In this document: positions 26,230 to 41,646 of the stretch, in pieces
How the letters are laid out: every line of letters starts with the position of its first letter
How positions within the stretch are numbered: position 1 is the first letter of the stretch
Assembly: GCF_009914755.1 (NCBI RefSeq)
Contig: NC_060933.1
Length of the DNA: 64,000 nt
Source of the DNA: the human T2T-CHM13v2.0 reference genome, Homo sapiens
Strand: one strand, 5' to 3'
Notes under the pieces: model-generated
Told to the model about the DNA's origin: nothing
Databases searched by the model: none
The model's input: only the letters and a program-made list of their open reading frames with translations
Made by a program: the position numbers and the translations under genes

Positions 26230-29200
26230 ATGGAAACCATGTTACACTTCTACTGTAACAACAAGGAAAATCCAGATATTGACAAAATCAATGTTTTTAG
26301 AATCAATCAGAGAGCTGAGGTGGCAGAGCAATCAAGCAGCCTGAGATCTAAGGAAAGAGAAGCACTTCCAAGGATTGATGATATGTGAGCACTGACTTGA
26401 GGTAGAGGTAGACAGGACTGCCATGCAAGCCATATAAGCAGGTAAGATGGCAACCAACATTTTTAATGAATTGTTAAAGGCCAACAGCAGATCAACATGA
26501 GAGGACCTTAAGAGTCTCAGACACTCCCTTGCAGGCTCTTCTCCATGGCCCTCATAAAAACCAATTTGAGTCAAGCAGGAAACCAGAGGGAGATTCCCTT
26601 GGAGGTATAGGTCTGAAAAAAGGGAGGATCTGCTACTGCAGGAAATGCAGATAGCCTCACCTGTATCAATCATCCATACAATGCAAAAGCCTTAGGCTAC
26701 TGGTCAAAGAGCAGGAAAAACATGTTGCCCCCAAAACAAAGGTGAAAATTTGCTGAAGGTTGAAAATAGGAAAAAATGAAACCTTTTAATTCTGGGGAGA
26801 GGTAGGAAACCATCCTGGGCTCAGGGAATTAGAGATTGCCTACTGCTGGCAGAAGGGCAGGGCTACTGACAAAGCTCCACCACTATGACCCAGAGATAGA
26901 GGACTTGCCTAACACATTCTGGACCGAGAATATAGCACTCCACAGTCAGAGGAGAGGGCGAGACTGTGGAGAGAGATTCCCCTTGAGGATCAGGTACTTG
27001 AGGAAGTTCTAAACCTGAAGGTGATAAATTGGCTCCCACGCTAAGCTTGAGTTAACACGAGAGGAATGTGAATCCAGTGATAGTTTGATGGTAACCATAA
27101 GAACAAAATATGTAACCCAGTTAAAGTTGTGATAAATTGATCCAATCTCTTTTCCACTCCCAATATTAAAACCAAGAAGAAGAAGAGCTATGCCAATTTT
27201 CAGGCATAAATACTATTTACCTCATTTCCTACTATTTTATGCTCAATGTCCACCCTTCAACCAAAAATTATGAGACACACAAGACAGCATGAACAAATAA
27301 ACCACTGTCAATACTACTGTCGACAGACAATCAACAAAACTAAATTCAAGTATAAACCTGATGTTTAAACTATCAACCAGGGAATTTTTAAGAAATCTAT
27401 AGGTAATATGTTAAAGGCTGTAGTGAAAAACATACATGAACAGTTGTAGAGTATTATCAGAAAGATAGAAACTAAAAGCAAGAATCAAACAGAAATTCTA
27501 GAAATAAAAACCAGTAAGAATTCTGTTGAGAAGGTCGTCAGTGGACATGAGACAGCTGAGGAAAAAAATCTGTGAACATAAAGATATGCCAACTGAAATT
27601 ACCAAAACTGAAATACGAAGAGAAAAATACAAGTTTAAAGAAATCTAGAACAAAGCACTCAAGAGCTATGGGATAATACCAAATAATTTAACCTATGTGT
27701 AATAGGACTTTCAGGAGAAGCAGAGAGAATAAAACATAAGAAATATTTAAAGATATATTAGCCATATTGACATAGACCCAAGGAGCTCAGAGAATGTAAA
27801 GTAAGATAAATATCCAAGGGGAAAGGAGGAATATAAATATATTTAAATGGTTAAAAAAAGATGAAGAGAAATTATTGAAGACAGCTGGAGAAATATAACA
27901 CATGACATACAGAGGAACGATGATAAGCATTATAGGAGACTTTTAATAAAAAACCATGCAATCCAGAAGAAAGTGGAGGGGGCAAGGTCAAGATGGCAGA
28001 CTAGAAGCAGCTCATGTGCACCACTCTCAGAGAGAGGAAACAAAAGTACTAGTGAGCAGTGACTCTGCAGGCCAATCATCTGAGAAACCACACTGGGATA
28101 CATCAAGACAGCAGGCAGACACAGAGAGCAGAGAGGAGAGAAGCTGGACATCAGCCTGTCTAGGCTCAACATGCAGCCAGGAGGACCTCTCTAACATGGG
28201 AAATACTGAGTGAGTGAGAGCCCTCAGGGGATTCATGCTCTCCACCTGTGCAAGATTAGAAATGGGAGAATTTCCCTGGCCACCCCTCCCCACACCCACT
28301 CCCCACCAGACTTATAGACTGAGGCAGAGAGCCACCCATTTGTTTTGCAGATGCAACTCTTGAGTCCAAGGGGACCTCTATAAGCCTCATGACCCAGAGC
28401 AGACCATCACAGGAGCCGTATCCCCAATAGAGGCTGCAGTTGTGGTGCCCATGAGCAGCAAGATTGCTCTACCCCTCCTGGTCAGATGGAGAATGGTGCC
28501 AGCTTCTGGCCCAGTGGTCCTTCTTTGGCCTGAACTTGGCCAGCCACTCCACCCACTCCTGCCACTGGTATCCAGGTGAGCAACACCTACTAAAGCTTCC
28601 GGTCCTGTGGTCCCCACTTCTGTCTGAACTCAGCTAGCAGATACAGTCTCCTGTTGTCCCAGGAAGCACCTGGATGGCAGAGCCAGCAACCTCACCCACA
28701 CCTGCTGCTGATGGCCAAGCAGGCAACACCTGCTAGGGTTCTCAGCCCAGTTGTTCTGCTTCTATGGGAACTCAACTGGTGGGCACAGCCTCCTGTTGTC
28801 CCAGAAAACACCTGGACAACAGGGTGCATGATCATACCCATTCCCACCACTGATAGGCAGGAAGGCAGGCAGCACCTGCTAGAGCTTCGGGCTCAATGGC
28901 CCCACTTATATGTGAACTCCACTAGAGGTCACAGCTTCCTGTTGTCCCAGTAAATACCCAGATGGCAGGGCAGGCATCCTCACCCACCTCTACTGCTGGT
29001 AGCCAGGTGAGCCATGCCTGCTAGGCACAGTGGTCCTTCTTCTGCCTAAATTTCCTAAGGGGTGCAGCTGCCTGTTGCCATGGAAACACCTGGATGGCAG
29101 GACAAGCAACTCTACTCACCGCCACCTGTCATATCCGGATGGGCCATACCTGCTACAGCTTCCAACCAACTGGACTTGCTTCTGCCTGAACTCTTAGGCA

Positions 29201-32200
29201 GGCACAACTCTTTGACAGGCAAAGCAGTGTCAAGAGCAAAGTTTATAGCACTAAATGCCCACATCAAAATGTTACAGAGAGCTCAAATTAGCAACCTAAT
29301 ATCACAATTAGAGAGCTAGAGAAACAAGAGCAAACCAACTCCAAGACTAGGAGAAGACAAGAAATAGCCAAAATCAGAGCAGAACTAAAGGAAATTGAGG
29401 CAAAAACACTATACAACAAGTTAATAAACTCAGGAGCTAATTCTTTGAAAGAATTAGTAAGATCAGCAGACTGCTACCCAGACTAATAAAGGAAATAAAA
29501 GAGAGAAGATAAAAATAAACACAATCAGAAATGACAAAGGGGATGTTACCACTGATCTCACAGAAACACAAAAAACACTCAGAGACTATTATGAATACCT
29601 CTATGCACACAAGCTAGAAAACCCAGAAAAATGGATAAATTTCTGGAAACATGTAACTTCCCAAAATTGAGCCAGGAAGTTATTGAATCCCTGATTAGAC
29701 AAATAATGAGTTCCAAAATTGAATTAATAATAAAAAGCCTACCAAACTGAAAAGGCCCAAGACCAGATAGATTCATAGCTGAATTCTACCAGATGTATGA
29801 AGAACTGGTACCATTCCTGCTGAAATTATTCAAAAAATTGAAGAGGAGGGATTTCCTTCCTAACTCATTCATCCTGATGCCAAAATCTTGCAGAGATGCA
29901 AGAAAAAAAGAAAACTTCAGGCCAGTATCTTTGATGAACATAGATGCAAAAATACTCAATAAAATTCTAGCAAACAGAATCCAGCAGCAAAAGTCTTATC
30001 TGCCACAATGAAGTAGGCTTTATCCCTGGGATGCAAGGTTGGTTCAACACATGCAAATCAGTATGTGTGATTCATCATATAAACAGAACTAAAACCAAAA
30101 CCACATCATCATCTCAATAGATGCATAAAAGACTTTTGATAAAATTCAACATACTTTCATATTAAAACCTCTCAACAATCTAGGGATTGAAGGACTACAC
30201 CTCATAATAATAAGAGCCATCTATGACGAACTCACAACCAAGATCATACTGAATGCAGAAAATCTGGAAGCATTTTTCTTGAAAACCAGCAGAAGACAAG
30301 GATGCCCACTCTCACCACTCCTATTCAGCATAGTACTAGAAATTCTATCCAGAACAATCAGGCAAGAGAAAGAAAGAAAAGGCATCCAAACAGGAAGAGA
30401 GGAAATTAAACTATATCTGTTTATAGACAACATGATTCTATACCTAGAAAACCCCATATTCTCTGCCCAAAAGCTCCTTGATCTGATCAACAATTTCAGC
30501 AAAATTTTAGGATACAAAGTCAATGTACAAAAATCAGTTACATTCCTATGCACCAACAACATCCAAGCTGAGAGCCAAATTAAGAACACAATCTCATTCA
30601 CAATTGCCAAAAAACAATAAAATACCTAGAAATATAGCTAACCAAGGAGGTGAAAAACATCTACAATGAGAATTTAAAAACACTGCTAAAGTAAATCAGA
30701 TGGCACTAACAAATAGGAAAACTTTTCATGCTTGTGGATAGAAAGAATCAATATCACTAAAATGGCCATGCTGCCCAAAGCAATCTACAGATTCAATGCT
30801 GTTCCTGTCGAACAATGAATGAAATTCTTCACAGAACTAGAAAAACTATTTTAAAATTCATATGGAGCCAAAAAAGAGCCTAAATAGCCAAGGCAATCAT
30901 AAGCAAATTAAGCAAAAAGAGCAAAGCTGGAGGCATCACATTCCTGACTTCAAACTATACTACAAGGCTGCAATAACCAAACAGCATGGTACTAATACAA
31001 AAACAGATATACAGACCAATGGAACAGAACAGACAGCTCAGAAATGAGGCTGGACATCTACAACCATCTGATCTTTGGCAAAACCAACAAAAACAAGCAA
31101 TGGAGAAATGACTTTCTATTCAATAAATTGTATAACTGGCTAGCCATAGCAGAAGATTGAAATTGGACTCCTTAATTAAACTATATATAAAAATCAACTC
31201 AAGATGGATTAAAGATTTGAATGTAAAATCTAAAACTGTCAAAATCCTGGAAGATAACCCAAGAAATATTTCGGACATAGGACCTGGCAAAGATTTCATG
31301 ATGAAGATACCAAAAGCAATTGCAGCAAAAACAAAAATGGACAAATGGGACCTAATTAAAGAGCTCCTACACAGCAAAAGAAACTACCAACAGGCTAAAT
31401 AGACAACCTACAGAAAGGGAGAAAATATTTGCAAACTATGCGTCTGACAAAGGTCTAATATTCAGAAACTATAAGGAAGTTAAATTTACAAGCAAAAATC
31501 AAACAACCCCATTAAAAAATGGGTAAAGAACATGAATAGACACTTTTCAAAAGAAGACATACATGTGGCCAGCAAGAATATGAAGATAGGCTTATCATCA
31601 CTAATCATTAGAGAAATGCAGATCAAAACCATAATGGGATACCATCTCATAGCAGTCAGAATGGCTACTATTAAAAACTCAAAAAACAGATGCTGGTGAG
31701 GTTGTAGAGGAAAGAGAACACTTATACACTGCTGGTGGGAATGTAAATTAGTTCAGCCATTTTGGAGATCAGTTTGACAATTTCTCAAGGAACTTAAAAC
31801 ATAATTACCATTTCATCCAGCAATGCCATTATTGGGTATATACCCATAGGAATATAAATTGTTCTGTTAAAAAGACACATGCACATGTATGTTCATCACT
31901 GCACTCTTCCCAATAGCAAAAGATGGAATCAGCCTAAGTGCCCATCAAGGTAGACTGGATTAAAAAATGTGGTACATATACACCATGGGATACTATGCAG
32001 CCATAAAAAGAGTGAGATCATATTCTTTGCAGCAACATAGATGGAGCTGGAGGCCATTATCCTAAGCAAACTAACACAGGAACAGAAAACTAAATACCAC
32101 ATGTTCTCACTTATAAGTGGGAGCTAAGCTTTGAGTACATAGTGACACAAAGAGGGGAACAATAGACACTGAGGCCTGCTTGAAGCTGCAGGGTGGGAGT

Positions 32201-35200
32201 AGGGAGGGGATTGAAAAACTACCTATCAGGTACTATGCTTATTTCCTGGGTGACAAAATAATCTTTACACCAAACCCCTGTGACATGCAATTTATCTATA
32301 TAACAAACCTGCACATGTACCCTTGAACCTAAAATGAAAGTTGAAAAAGAGTGAAACAACATTTTTAAAGTGACAGTAAGTGAGAACAAAGTTGTTATGT
32401 CAACAGAATTCTATACTGTGAAAATATCCTTCAAAGTGAATACATTTTCAGACAAACAGAACTTTAAAATTCATTACCAACAAACCTACACTACCTGAAA
32501 TGTTAAAAAGTTCCTCAGGCAGAAGAAATAGGGCATCAGATCAAAACTTTGATCAACACAAATAAATGAAGATATTCAGAACTCATTAAAATGAGAGTAA
32601 GTATAAAGTATAAAAAAATTTAGAGCAATACGTTTAATGGCTCTAAAAGTTAATTGACTATTTAAAGGAAAATTAATAGCAATGTATTGTGGGTTTATAG
32701 CATATGTAAAAGCAAAATGTACGATAAGGAGCACACAGGACATGAAGGAGGAAATAGCTGTGTGCAGTTATATTGTTCTAATACTGCAGGTGAAACTACA
32801 ATGCTATTTGAAGCTAGATCATGATTAATTAAAATATGTATTTCAAATACCACAGCAATTAATAAAGTATTTTTATACAATTATACATAATACACCAATA
32901 CTAAAGTCGAATTAGAATTAAAAAATATGAAACAGGCAGAAAAGCAGGTACAAACGAATCTGTTTAGACTAAATAGAAATTAAAAAAAAATCATGATGGT
33001 TGATTTTAATTTAGCTATATCAGTAATAATGGGAATGGTCTGAATGTATTCATTAAAAGACAGAAATTGTCAGGATGGACAAAAAGCAATATTTAACTAC
33101 AACAAACTAACTTTAAAGATGAGAAAAACATATAATAAGTATAAAAGAATAGAAAAACGTATGCCATACAAATGAATTAAAATAAAGTTAGAGTGGCTAT
33201 ATTCATATCATACAAGTAGAATTCAAAACAAGAACATTTCCAGAGATGAAAGGAGACATTATCTAATAATAGAGGCCAATGCAATAGACAGATATCAATC
33301 CTAAATTTGTGTACTTGGAAATTCTTGGATGTTTTATCTACCTGTTTTAGTAATAGGTAAAACAAATACACAGCAAGTCAGTAAGGTTATGGAAGAACTG
33401 AACAACTTCATCAACTATCTGGATTTAACTAACTTTTATAGAACACTCTAACAACCACTGAGTACACATTCTTTTGAAGTGCATACAGAATATTTTCTAA
33501 GATAGAACATGCTATGAACACAAAACCGATTTTAACAAATTAAAAAGAGAATTGTAAAAATATGATTCTCTGATCATAAGAAAATTTAAAAAGGAATAAA
33601 AATTATATGAAGATAATACCTAAATATTGAGAAATTGAAAATAACACAATTAAATAGGAGTCAAAGAACAAACAGTGGAAATTGGAAAATGTTCTTAATG
33701 AAATAAAAATGAAAACTTAACCTAATAATACATGTTAAATATTACTACAGCAATGCTTAGAGGGACTTGTATAGCATTAAATGCTTAAATTAAAAAGGCA
33801 CACAGATAGTAAAACAATGATAAAAGCTTCCACCATAAACAACTAAGAGAGGAGAACAAATTAAAATCAAAAGAAGAGGAATGAAATGTATAATGAAGAT
33901 AACAATCAAAAAAGCAAAACTGGAGACAGAAAAAAAAATAGAGAAAATAAATAATGCCAATAGCTGATGCATTGAAAAAAGTTAATGAAACTGAAAAACA
34001 TCTAGCCTGACCTTTAAAAATAAGAGAGAAAGGGAAGGAGGGAAAACAGGAGAGAAAAAGAGAGAGAGAGATTACTGATACAAGGATAACAAAGAGACCT
34101 CATCACTACTCTAGATAAAATTTAAAATAATAAGGATATATTAAGAACAACTTTATATCTCTAAATTCAACAACAAATATAATAAACAATTTTCTTCAAA
34201 ATTACCTACTATTAAAGACTACTAAAGAAATACATATTTTGAATATTTGTGCATCTGTTAAAGACACTGAACTCATAATTTAAAACCTCTCAGCAACAAA
34301 AACAAAAAGTTCCAAGTCTAGGTGGTTTCACTGACAAATTCTACAAAATATTGAAGGAAGAAATATTACCACTTCTACATATACTCCTTGAGAAAACAAG
34401 TAGAGTTAACACATCTAAATCATCTACAGAAACCAGTATTATCTTAACACCAAAACTAGCACAGAAATTATAAGAAAAATGCAGACCAATAGCTATCATA
34501 AACATGGATGAAAATTCCTCAATAAATATTAGCAAATTAACCTCAGCGATGTATAAAAATGGCAATACATTATGACACAATTTATCCGTGGAATGCAAGG
34601 CCTGTTTGACCATAAAAAAAAATGTGAGTTACTGTATCTATAGACTAAAGAAGAAGAAAAAAAACATATGATTATCTCAGTAAATGCCAAAAAGCACATT
34701 ACTAAATACTGTGTGTATGTATGATAAAAGCTCTCAGCAAACTGGGAGTAGAAGGAAATTTCCTTAACCTGATAATGAACATCTACACAGACTTATATAT
34801 AATACGACTATTAATAAAAACCTGTATGCTTTTCAGCTAAGATTGGGGGACATGTTTGCTCTCAGCACTCTTATTCAACATTATACTGGAGGTCCTAACC
34901 AGTGCAACAAGAGAAGAAAAAGAAATAACATGAATATAGATTGGAAGGGGAGAAATAAAAATTTTTGTATTCATATAAGATATAATTATCATGGAGAAAA
35001 TCCCATGAAATCTTTCTCTAAAGCTACTGAAAGTAATAAGTGAGCTTAGTAGGTTTGCAAGATGCAATGTCAATATATACAAATCAATTGTATGTCTATA
35101 TTCTAGTAATGGACAGTTATTCTTAAAATTATCATCTACATTAGCACAAAAAATGAAATACTTAAATATAAATCTAATAAAATACGTGCAAAATACTAGA

Positions 35201-36720
35201 AACTACAAAACATTGATGAAAGAAATCACAGAAGACCTAAAGTTGAGAAATGCACCATGTAAATGGAATGGAAAGCTCAATATTGTTAAAATGTCAACTG
35301 TCCCAAATTGAGCTACAAACTAAAGAAAACCACAAAACAAATTTTCAGTAGAAAATATGATAACAATCAATAAGCTTATTCTAAAACTCATATGAAAATG
35401 CGAGGAACTAAAAAAGCCAAAATAATTTTTACAATGAACAATGTTGAAGAATTCACAGTACATAATTTTAAGACATACTAAGATGCACTGATTATGACAG
35501 TTGGTATTTTTGAAAGGGTAGGCAAGCAGATAAATAGAACTGAATAGACAGTCTATAAGAAGATCTACACATATGTGGTCAATTGGTATTAAACAAATTG
35601 AAAACATAATTTATAAAAAATAATCTTTTCAAAAAACGGTGATGGAAAAGTTCTATGTAATTATAAAAACAAACCTTGAACCACACCTCACCCTATATGC
35701 AAAAATTAACTCAAAGTAGATTACAGACTTAAATGTAAAACTTAAAACAATAACACTTCTAAAAGAAAACGGAGAACATATTTTTGATTTCTCTGACATA
35801 TATCGAAAGCATTATTTAGAAGAGAAAAAAATGTTAAATGGACAAAATTTACATCTTTTTCCCTATGAAAGACATAGTTAACAGAATAAAAAATGGCAGA
35901 GGCTAAGCAAAAATATCTGCCAAATATACAAGACTTGTATCCAGAATATATGAATAACTCCAATTCAATACTATCAGACAAACATTCCAATTATAAAATG
36001 TGCAAAGGTTTTGAACAGACACTTTGAAAGAATCTTTGAAAGAAGATAAATGGATGTCAAATAAGTACCCAAAAATATTTTCATTTAAATTTGCATTAAG
36101 AATATGCAAATTTAAAAAACAAATATTGTATGCGTTGTGTAATGGCAAAAAATAATTGACACTATCAAGTGTTGCAAATGTTGACAAGAAACAGGTAGAG
36201 CAACTGAAACTCTCATACATTGCTGGTGTGAATCCAAAATGGTACGGCTACTTTGCAAACAGTTTGGCAACTTTTTTATAAAGCTAAACACACACTTACC
36301 ATATGACCCAGCAGTCCTACTCTTAAATATTTTCTCAAGACAAAAACTTATATTTACTAAAAAACCTGTATGATAGTTCTATTGGCATTATGCATCTTAC
36401 CAAAAGCTGGAAACACTGAAACCATCTTTCAACGAGTGAATAAACTGTTGTATATCCATGCAAAGGAATGCTACTCAGCATTAAAATAAACAAACTACTG
36501 ATACACAACTTCATAGATGAAGGTCAAATTGATTGTATTTATATGACATTGCAAAAAAAAGGCAGAACTATAGGGATAGAAAACAGAGCAGCGTGCAGAG
36601 TGGCTGGGAGTGGAGAGAGAGGTTGACTGCAAAGGGGTGCAAAAAATGTCTGTCTGTTTGAATCCATGTATCCGCAACATTCTTGTTTTCAACAAATTAA
36701 ATTGTATTAAGCAGTCATAA
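26230..36720 (+). mobile_element. Degraded near-full-length L1M, host of a nested L1PA
   Basis: 5' region/ORF1 to about 27975, resuming at about 32355 with ORF1 end, ORF2 remnants and 3'UTR. Confidence 0.85.
27977..32348 (+). mobile_element. L1PA15/16-like element with internal deletion
   Basis: 5'UTR caagatggcagactagaagcagct; ORF2 peptides [16 protein letters not shown] and [15 protein letters not shown] (degenerate FADD motif); 3'UTR aaactacctatcaggtactatgct...gaacctaaaatgaaag. Confidence 0.92.
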
Positions 36721-37170
36721 AAAAACTGTGTGTCCCTGGCTCATGAAAATAAGGATAAATTTCATTTTGAAGACACCTATACCTCTGTATGTATTGTACA
36801 GATGGCATTGCTTGAATTAGGAAGAAAGCCTAGAATGCGTGTTAGTTTTCTGCTAAATGTCTATGAATATCTATGCACGAGAAGTAGGAGGTGAAGTAGG
36901 AGTGAAGGGGAAGGAGGTAAGTGAGAAAATGAGAACTTCTATCCTTTTTCACTCCATCTGCCAGACCTTTTTTAAAAAACAAAATAATACACTTATCTTT
37001 ATTTGTCATTTGTAACTATTTTAGTTAGGATGGACCTAAGAATCTCTTTTAAATTATTTTTAAAGCAAAAAGTAAAGCTAGGATTTACACTTCATAAAGG
37101 TGTTAAAATATCACAGATATAAAAAAATTAATTGTCCTATTTTAGTATCCGATGATTTCATTTTTTATAG

Positions 37171-37872
37171 TTCATCAGAGTCAGAACTTACAGTCAAGCA
37201 GTCTTTACAAAAACCATCATTAATTCATCTCCCTGTATACAACCGGGAAGTATTCCTTACTCTTTCCTTGAAAAATTATACTCATGGAAAGACACTTCTA
37301 GACTGAAAACAGTGCATCCTAGATGGTTCAGAGACTAGTCTGGATCACAGTGATCCTAAGAATACTGAAAGATCGATTCATGTTCCTTTCGTTTAGTGAT
37401 CTAGATGATGACATAGAAAATGCATTTGGTTGGTTCAAAGTTGACTTCAAGATAGTGATGAGATAGAAGCACAAGAAATAGTAAAATTTATTTAAATTGA
37501 AAAATTAGAAAAGCAGCCAAGACAAACATAGTAAAAAGACACAACAGTAAAGCAAAGGATAGATGAACTCTGAAGATAATTCAATCATTGAACAAATATT
37601 TGTTCCATTTATCTCTGTAAACAATTTACAATGCATTATGCTATGTGTTTCAAAATTTTAGTTTTGTAGCATGTATAAAACTTACAGATGAAAACACATT
37701 AAAATGGATCCTTACTGTAGATATATAGTGATGAGAGGGAAACTTACAGATCCTTAGATCTCTTTATCAAAACGAGAATGCACTGATGATGGGAAAGAGA
37801 GAGAGCAAAGAAATTCATCTTTTTCTGGTTTAAAGATGGGAACATTGAGATTCCTGAACTTTGCTTTTAGTT
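37171..37872 (+). pseudogene. Exon remnant 10
   Basis: Acceptor ttcattttttatag; 55 open codons in phase 0; later protein-like stretches in shifted frames (DDGKERAKKFIFFWFKDGNIEIPELCF); donor gtgagt at 37873. Confidence 0.5.
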
Positions 37873-38016
37873 GTGAGTTTGCCAATACCTAGTGCTTTAA
37901 TCTTGGATGAGATAATCTAGGCCTCCATTTAATCTTCTGCAATATTAAAGGGAAAGACAAAATGATCTTTAATGTCCTTACTGAATTTCATGATATGTAT
38001 GTTCTTTTTAATCCAA

Positions 38017-38300
38017 TACTCAATCAATGTTCATTGTTGATGTGACGGTGCCCATCACTAGAATCTTTTGTGTCCATTCTGCGGTAGTCCCATTTTAGCA
38101 GCTGTCATAACCAACAATGTGGTCCTATCACAACTGTGCCGGCCCAGACCCAATTATTCAAAATAACCTGGGAAGGATACAAGGATGAGCATGTACTTGT
38201 CATTGGCAATGAAAGTGGATCCTGGCCAAAAAAATAAAAAATAAAATAAATAAAATAAAATTCCTGCTGCTTGACAGGAACAAAATCCCCAGGAAAGAAG
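38017..38300 (+). pseudogene. Exon remnant 11 (boundaries uncertain)
   Basis: Reads SHFSSCHNQQCGPITTVPAQTQLFKITWEGYKDEHVLVIGNESGSWP, then an A-rich tract at about 38228-38260. Confidence 0.45.
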
Positions 38301-40901
38301 TTATGTTTGTTTTGTTTCAAATTTCCTTTTTAAAATCAAACTTTGTTTTAAGGTAAATGTAAATTTGCATGCAGTTGTAAAAAAAAGATACAGAAATCTT
38401 ATGCACTGTTTACACAAATGATAACATCTTGCAAAACTATCCCACAGTGTAACAACCATGATATTGACATTCAGAGTCAAGGTACGGACATTGCCATCCA
38501 CAGAAGGATCTGTTGTGTTACTCTTTTATAGCCAACCACCTCCCAGCCATCCCTGATCCTGGAAACCACTAATCTATACTCCATTTCTAGATTTTGTCAT
38601 TTCAAAAATGTAATATAATTTGAATCATTCACTATATAACCTCTTTGAAATGGCTTTTTTCATGTACTATATTTCTCTGAGGCTCTCTGAGGCTTATCCA
38701 AATTATTACATGTGTCAATAATTCCTTTCTTTTTAATGACAAGTAGTGTTCCATGGTGTATATGCATGAGTTTGTTTAACCGTCCATTTATTTAATGACA
38801 TTTGGAATGTTTCCAGTTTATGAGGGTTATGAATCAAAAGCTATTATGAATCTTTCTGTAGAAATTTTTCAGTGACTATGAATCTTTGCTTTTCTGTGAT
38901 AAATGCTCCAATGTGAAATTGCTGGCTTACCAGATAAGTGCATATTTAGTTTTATAAGAAAATGACAAACCATTTTCCAGAGTGGCTGTATGGTTTTACA
39001 TTCTTATCAGCAATGTGTCAGTGGTCCAGTTTCTCTGCATCCTTGCCAGCATTTGATGTTTTCCCTATTTTTTAAATGTTATCTATTCTAATAAGTGTAT
39101 AGTGATATCTCATTGTGGTTTAAATTAGCATTTTCCCAATAGCTAATAAAATTGATCATCTTTCCAGATGCTATTTGCCATCTGTATATACCTTTTGGAG
39201 GACGCTCCCACCTCATTCCTCATTTTCAAGATTGTTTTAGCTATTCTAAGATCTGTACTTTTCCATATAAATTTCATAATAAGCTTGTCTGTGTTTACCA
39301 AAATCATTTTTGGAAATTTGATATAATTGCATCAAATCTTAGATCAATTTAAAGAGAACCGACATTGTCACTATATTTAGTCTTCCAACCTATGAACATA
39401 GTATGTCTCGCCATTTATTTAGGTATTTTTTTCTTTCATTAGTTTTTTTAATATTTAAAATGCAGATTTTGTACTTCTTTTGTTATGTGTATGCCTAAAT
39501 ATTTTGTTATCTTTGAAGGAATTTTAAATGGTATTGTGTTTTCAATTTCAGTTTTCACATGTTCATTGTGTATAAAGAAATGTCATTGATTTTTGTATGT
39601 CGATAGTGTATCCTATGACCTTGCTGGACTCACTTATTAGTTCTACGAGAGTTTTTTTTGGAGATTCATCGAAATTTTCTGCATCAATCATGCCCACCTG
39701 AAAATAGGAAAAGTTTTATTTCTTCTTTCCCAATTTTTTTTCCTTCTCTCTCCTTTCTTGTCTTAATGGGTTTTTTAGAAATTCTAGTACTATGCTTAAT
39801 AAGGGCGGTGAGAATTAAAATTGTTTTTATTTCTAATCTTAGTGAAAAAGCTTCAATCTTTTAAGAATGATGCTACTGCAAGGTGCTTTAGGAACTCTGT
39901 AAATTTGTTCCTAAGTTGTTGAGAATTTTCTACCATAGATTTTGTCAAATATTCTTCTGTGTTTATTTATATATATTAATTTTTGATCAATGTCTGTTAT
40001 CTTGTGGATTACACTCATTGATTTTTAAATGTTGAACCATGTAATGTTTGATAGAATTCTTCAGTGAAATCACCTGGGTCTGAAGATTTCTTTTGAAGAA
40101 GTATTTTAATTATAAGTTTAATTTCCTTAATAGTTTTGGGGCTGTCCAGATCTTTTTCATATTTGGTGAGTTGTGGAAGTTTGTACCTTTTGAGGAATTG
40201 TTCCATTTTACGAAAGTTGTCAAATTTATATGTGCTGAGTAATTGGTAGTATTCTCTTATCTTTTTGATATATGCCTGTGCTGATATTTCCTTTTTTATC
40301 TCTCATATTAGTAATTGTGCCTTCTTTTTTCTTTGTCAGTTTTGCTAGAGGCTTGTGAATTTTGTTGATTTTTAAAGAACCAGCTTCTAGTTTTATTGAT
40401 TTACTCTACTGTTTCATATTTTCAAATGCATGGATTTATGTAATTATTTTTATTATTTTCTCCCTTATACTTGCATTGGGTTTACTTTGCTATTATTTTT
40501 CTAGTTTCTTGAGCTAGAAACTTAGATGACTGATTGGTGACCTGTCCTTTTTTCTAATAAAAGCAAGTAGTACTATGCATTTTCCTCTCAGCCTTGCTTT
40601 AGCTGTACCCACATATGTTGAAATGTAATATTTCCATTTTTATTTAGTTTTATGTTTTCATTTTTATCTCCCCTGGGACTTTCTTTGGCTCATGTATTAT
40701 TTACAAATGTGTTGTTCAATTTCTAAGTCTTAGAGATTTGTTCCTTTTATGTTATTGATTTCTCATTTGATTCAGATATAACCATAGGACACACTCCATA
40801 CAATGTATGATTTCATATTTTTTAAATTTATGTAGTTCATTTTATTTCCAAGGCTATGAGTTATCTAGTGAGTTACATGGGCACTTGAAAAAATATATAT
40901 A

Positions 40902-41372
40902 TAGTTGACCCTTGAACAATGCAAGGTTCAGAGGCATCAACTCCCCATTCAGTAGAAAATTCACGTGAAATTTTGAGTCCACAAAAACTTTACTAGCAGT
41001 CTACTGTTGATCAGAAGCCTTATCAATAACATAGTCAATTAACAAATATTGTATATGTCATATATATTATATACTGTACTCTTAATAAAGTAAGCTAGAG
41101 AAAAAATGTTATTAAAAATCATAAGGGATAGAAAATCTACTTACTATTCATTAACGGGAAGTGGATTATCATAAAGGTATTCATCCTCATCTTCATATGG
41201 GGTAGACTGAGGAGGAGGAGGGGTTGGTCTCGCTGTCTCAGGGGTGGCAGAGACAGAAGAGATGGAGCAAGTATAAAGAGAGGCAGGAAAGGCAAGCACA
41301 CTCAGTGTCACTTTTAATCCATGCGTAAGTGGACCCATACAGTTCAAACCTGTGTTGTTGGAGAGTCAACTG
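40902..41372. mobile_element. Tigger2a-like non-autonomous DNA transposon
   Basis: TIRs (c/t)agttgacccttgaacaa and ttgttggagagtcaactg; TA flanks. Confidence 0.88.
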
Positions 41373-41610
41373 TAGACTCTGCTGCTATTAAGAGGAGTGT
41401 TCTATATATGGAATCCTTTTGGCTGAATGTGTTGTTTAGTTCCTCATCGTTACTGTTCAATGTTTATCTTAATTGATGTGAGTGGATTGTAGAAGCCTCC
41501 ACCCATCATTGTAGATGTTTCTATTGTTCCTTTCAGCCCTCAGTATTTTCTTCTTATATTTTGAGGCTTTGTTTTTCAGCACCTACACATTTAGGATCCA
41601 CATAGATGTA

Positions 41611-41646
<36 letters not shown>

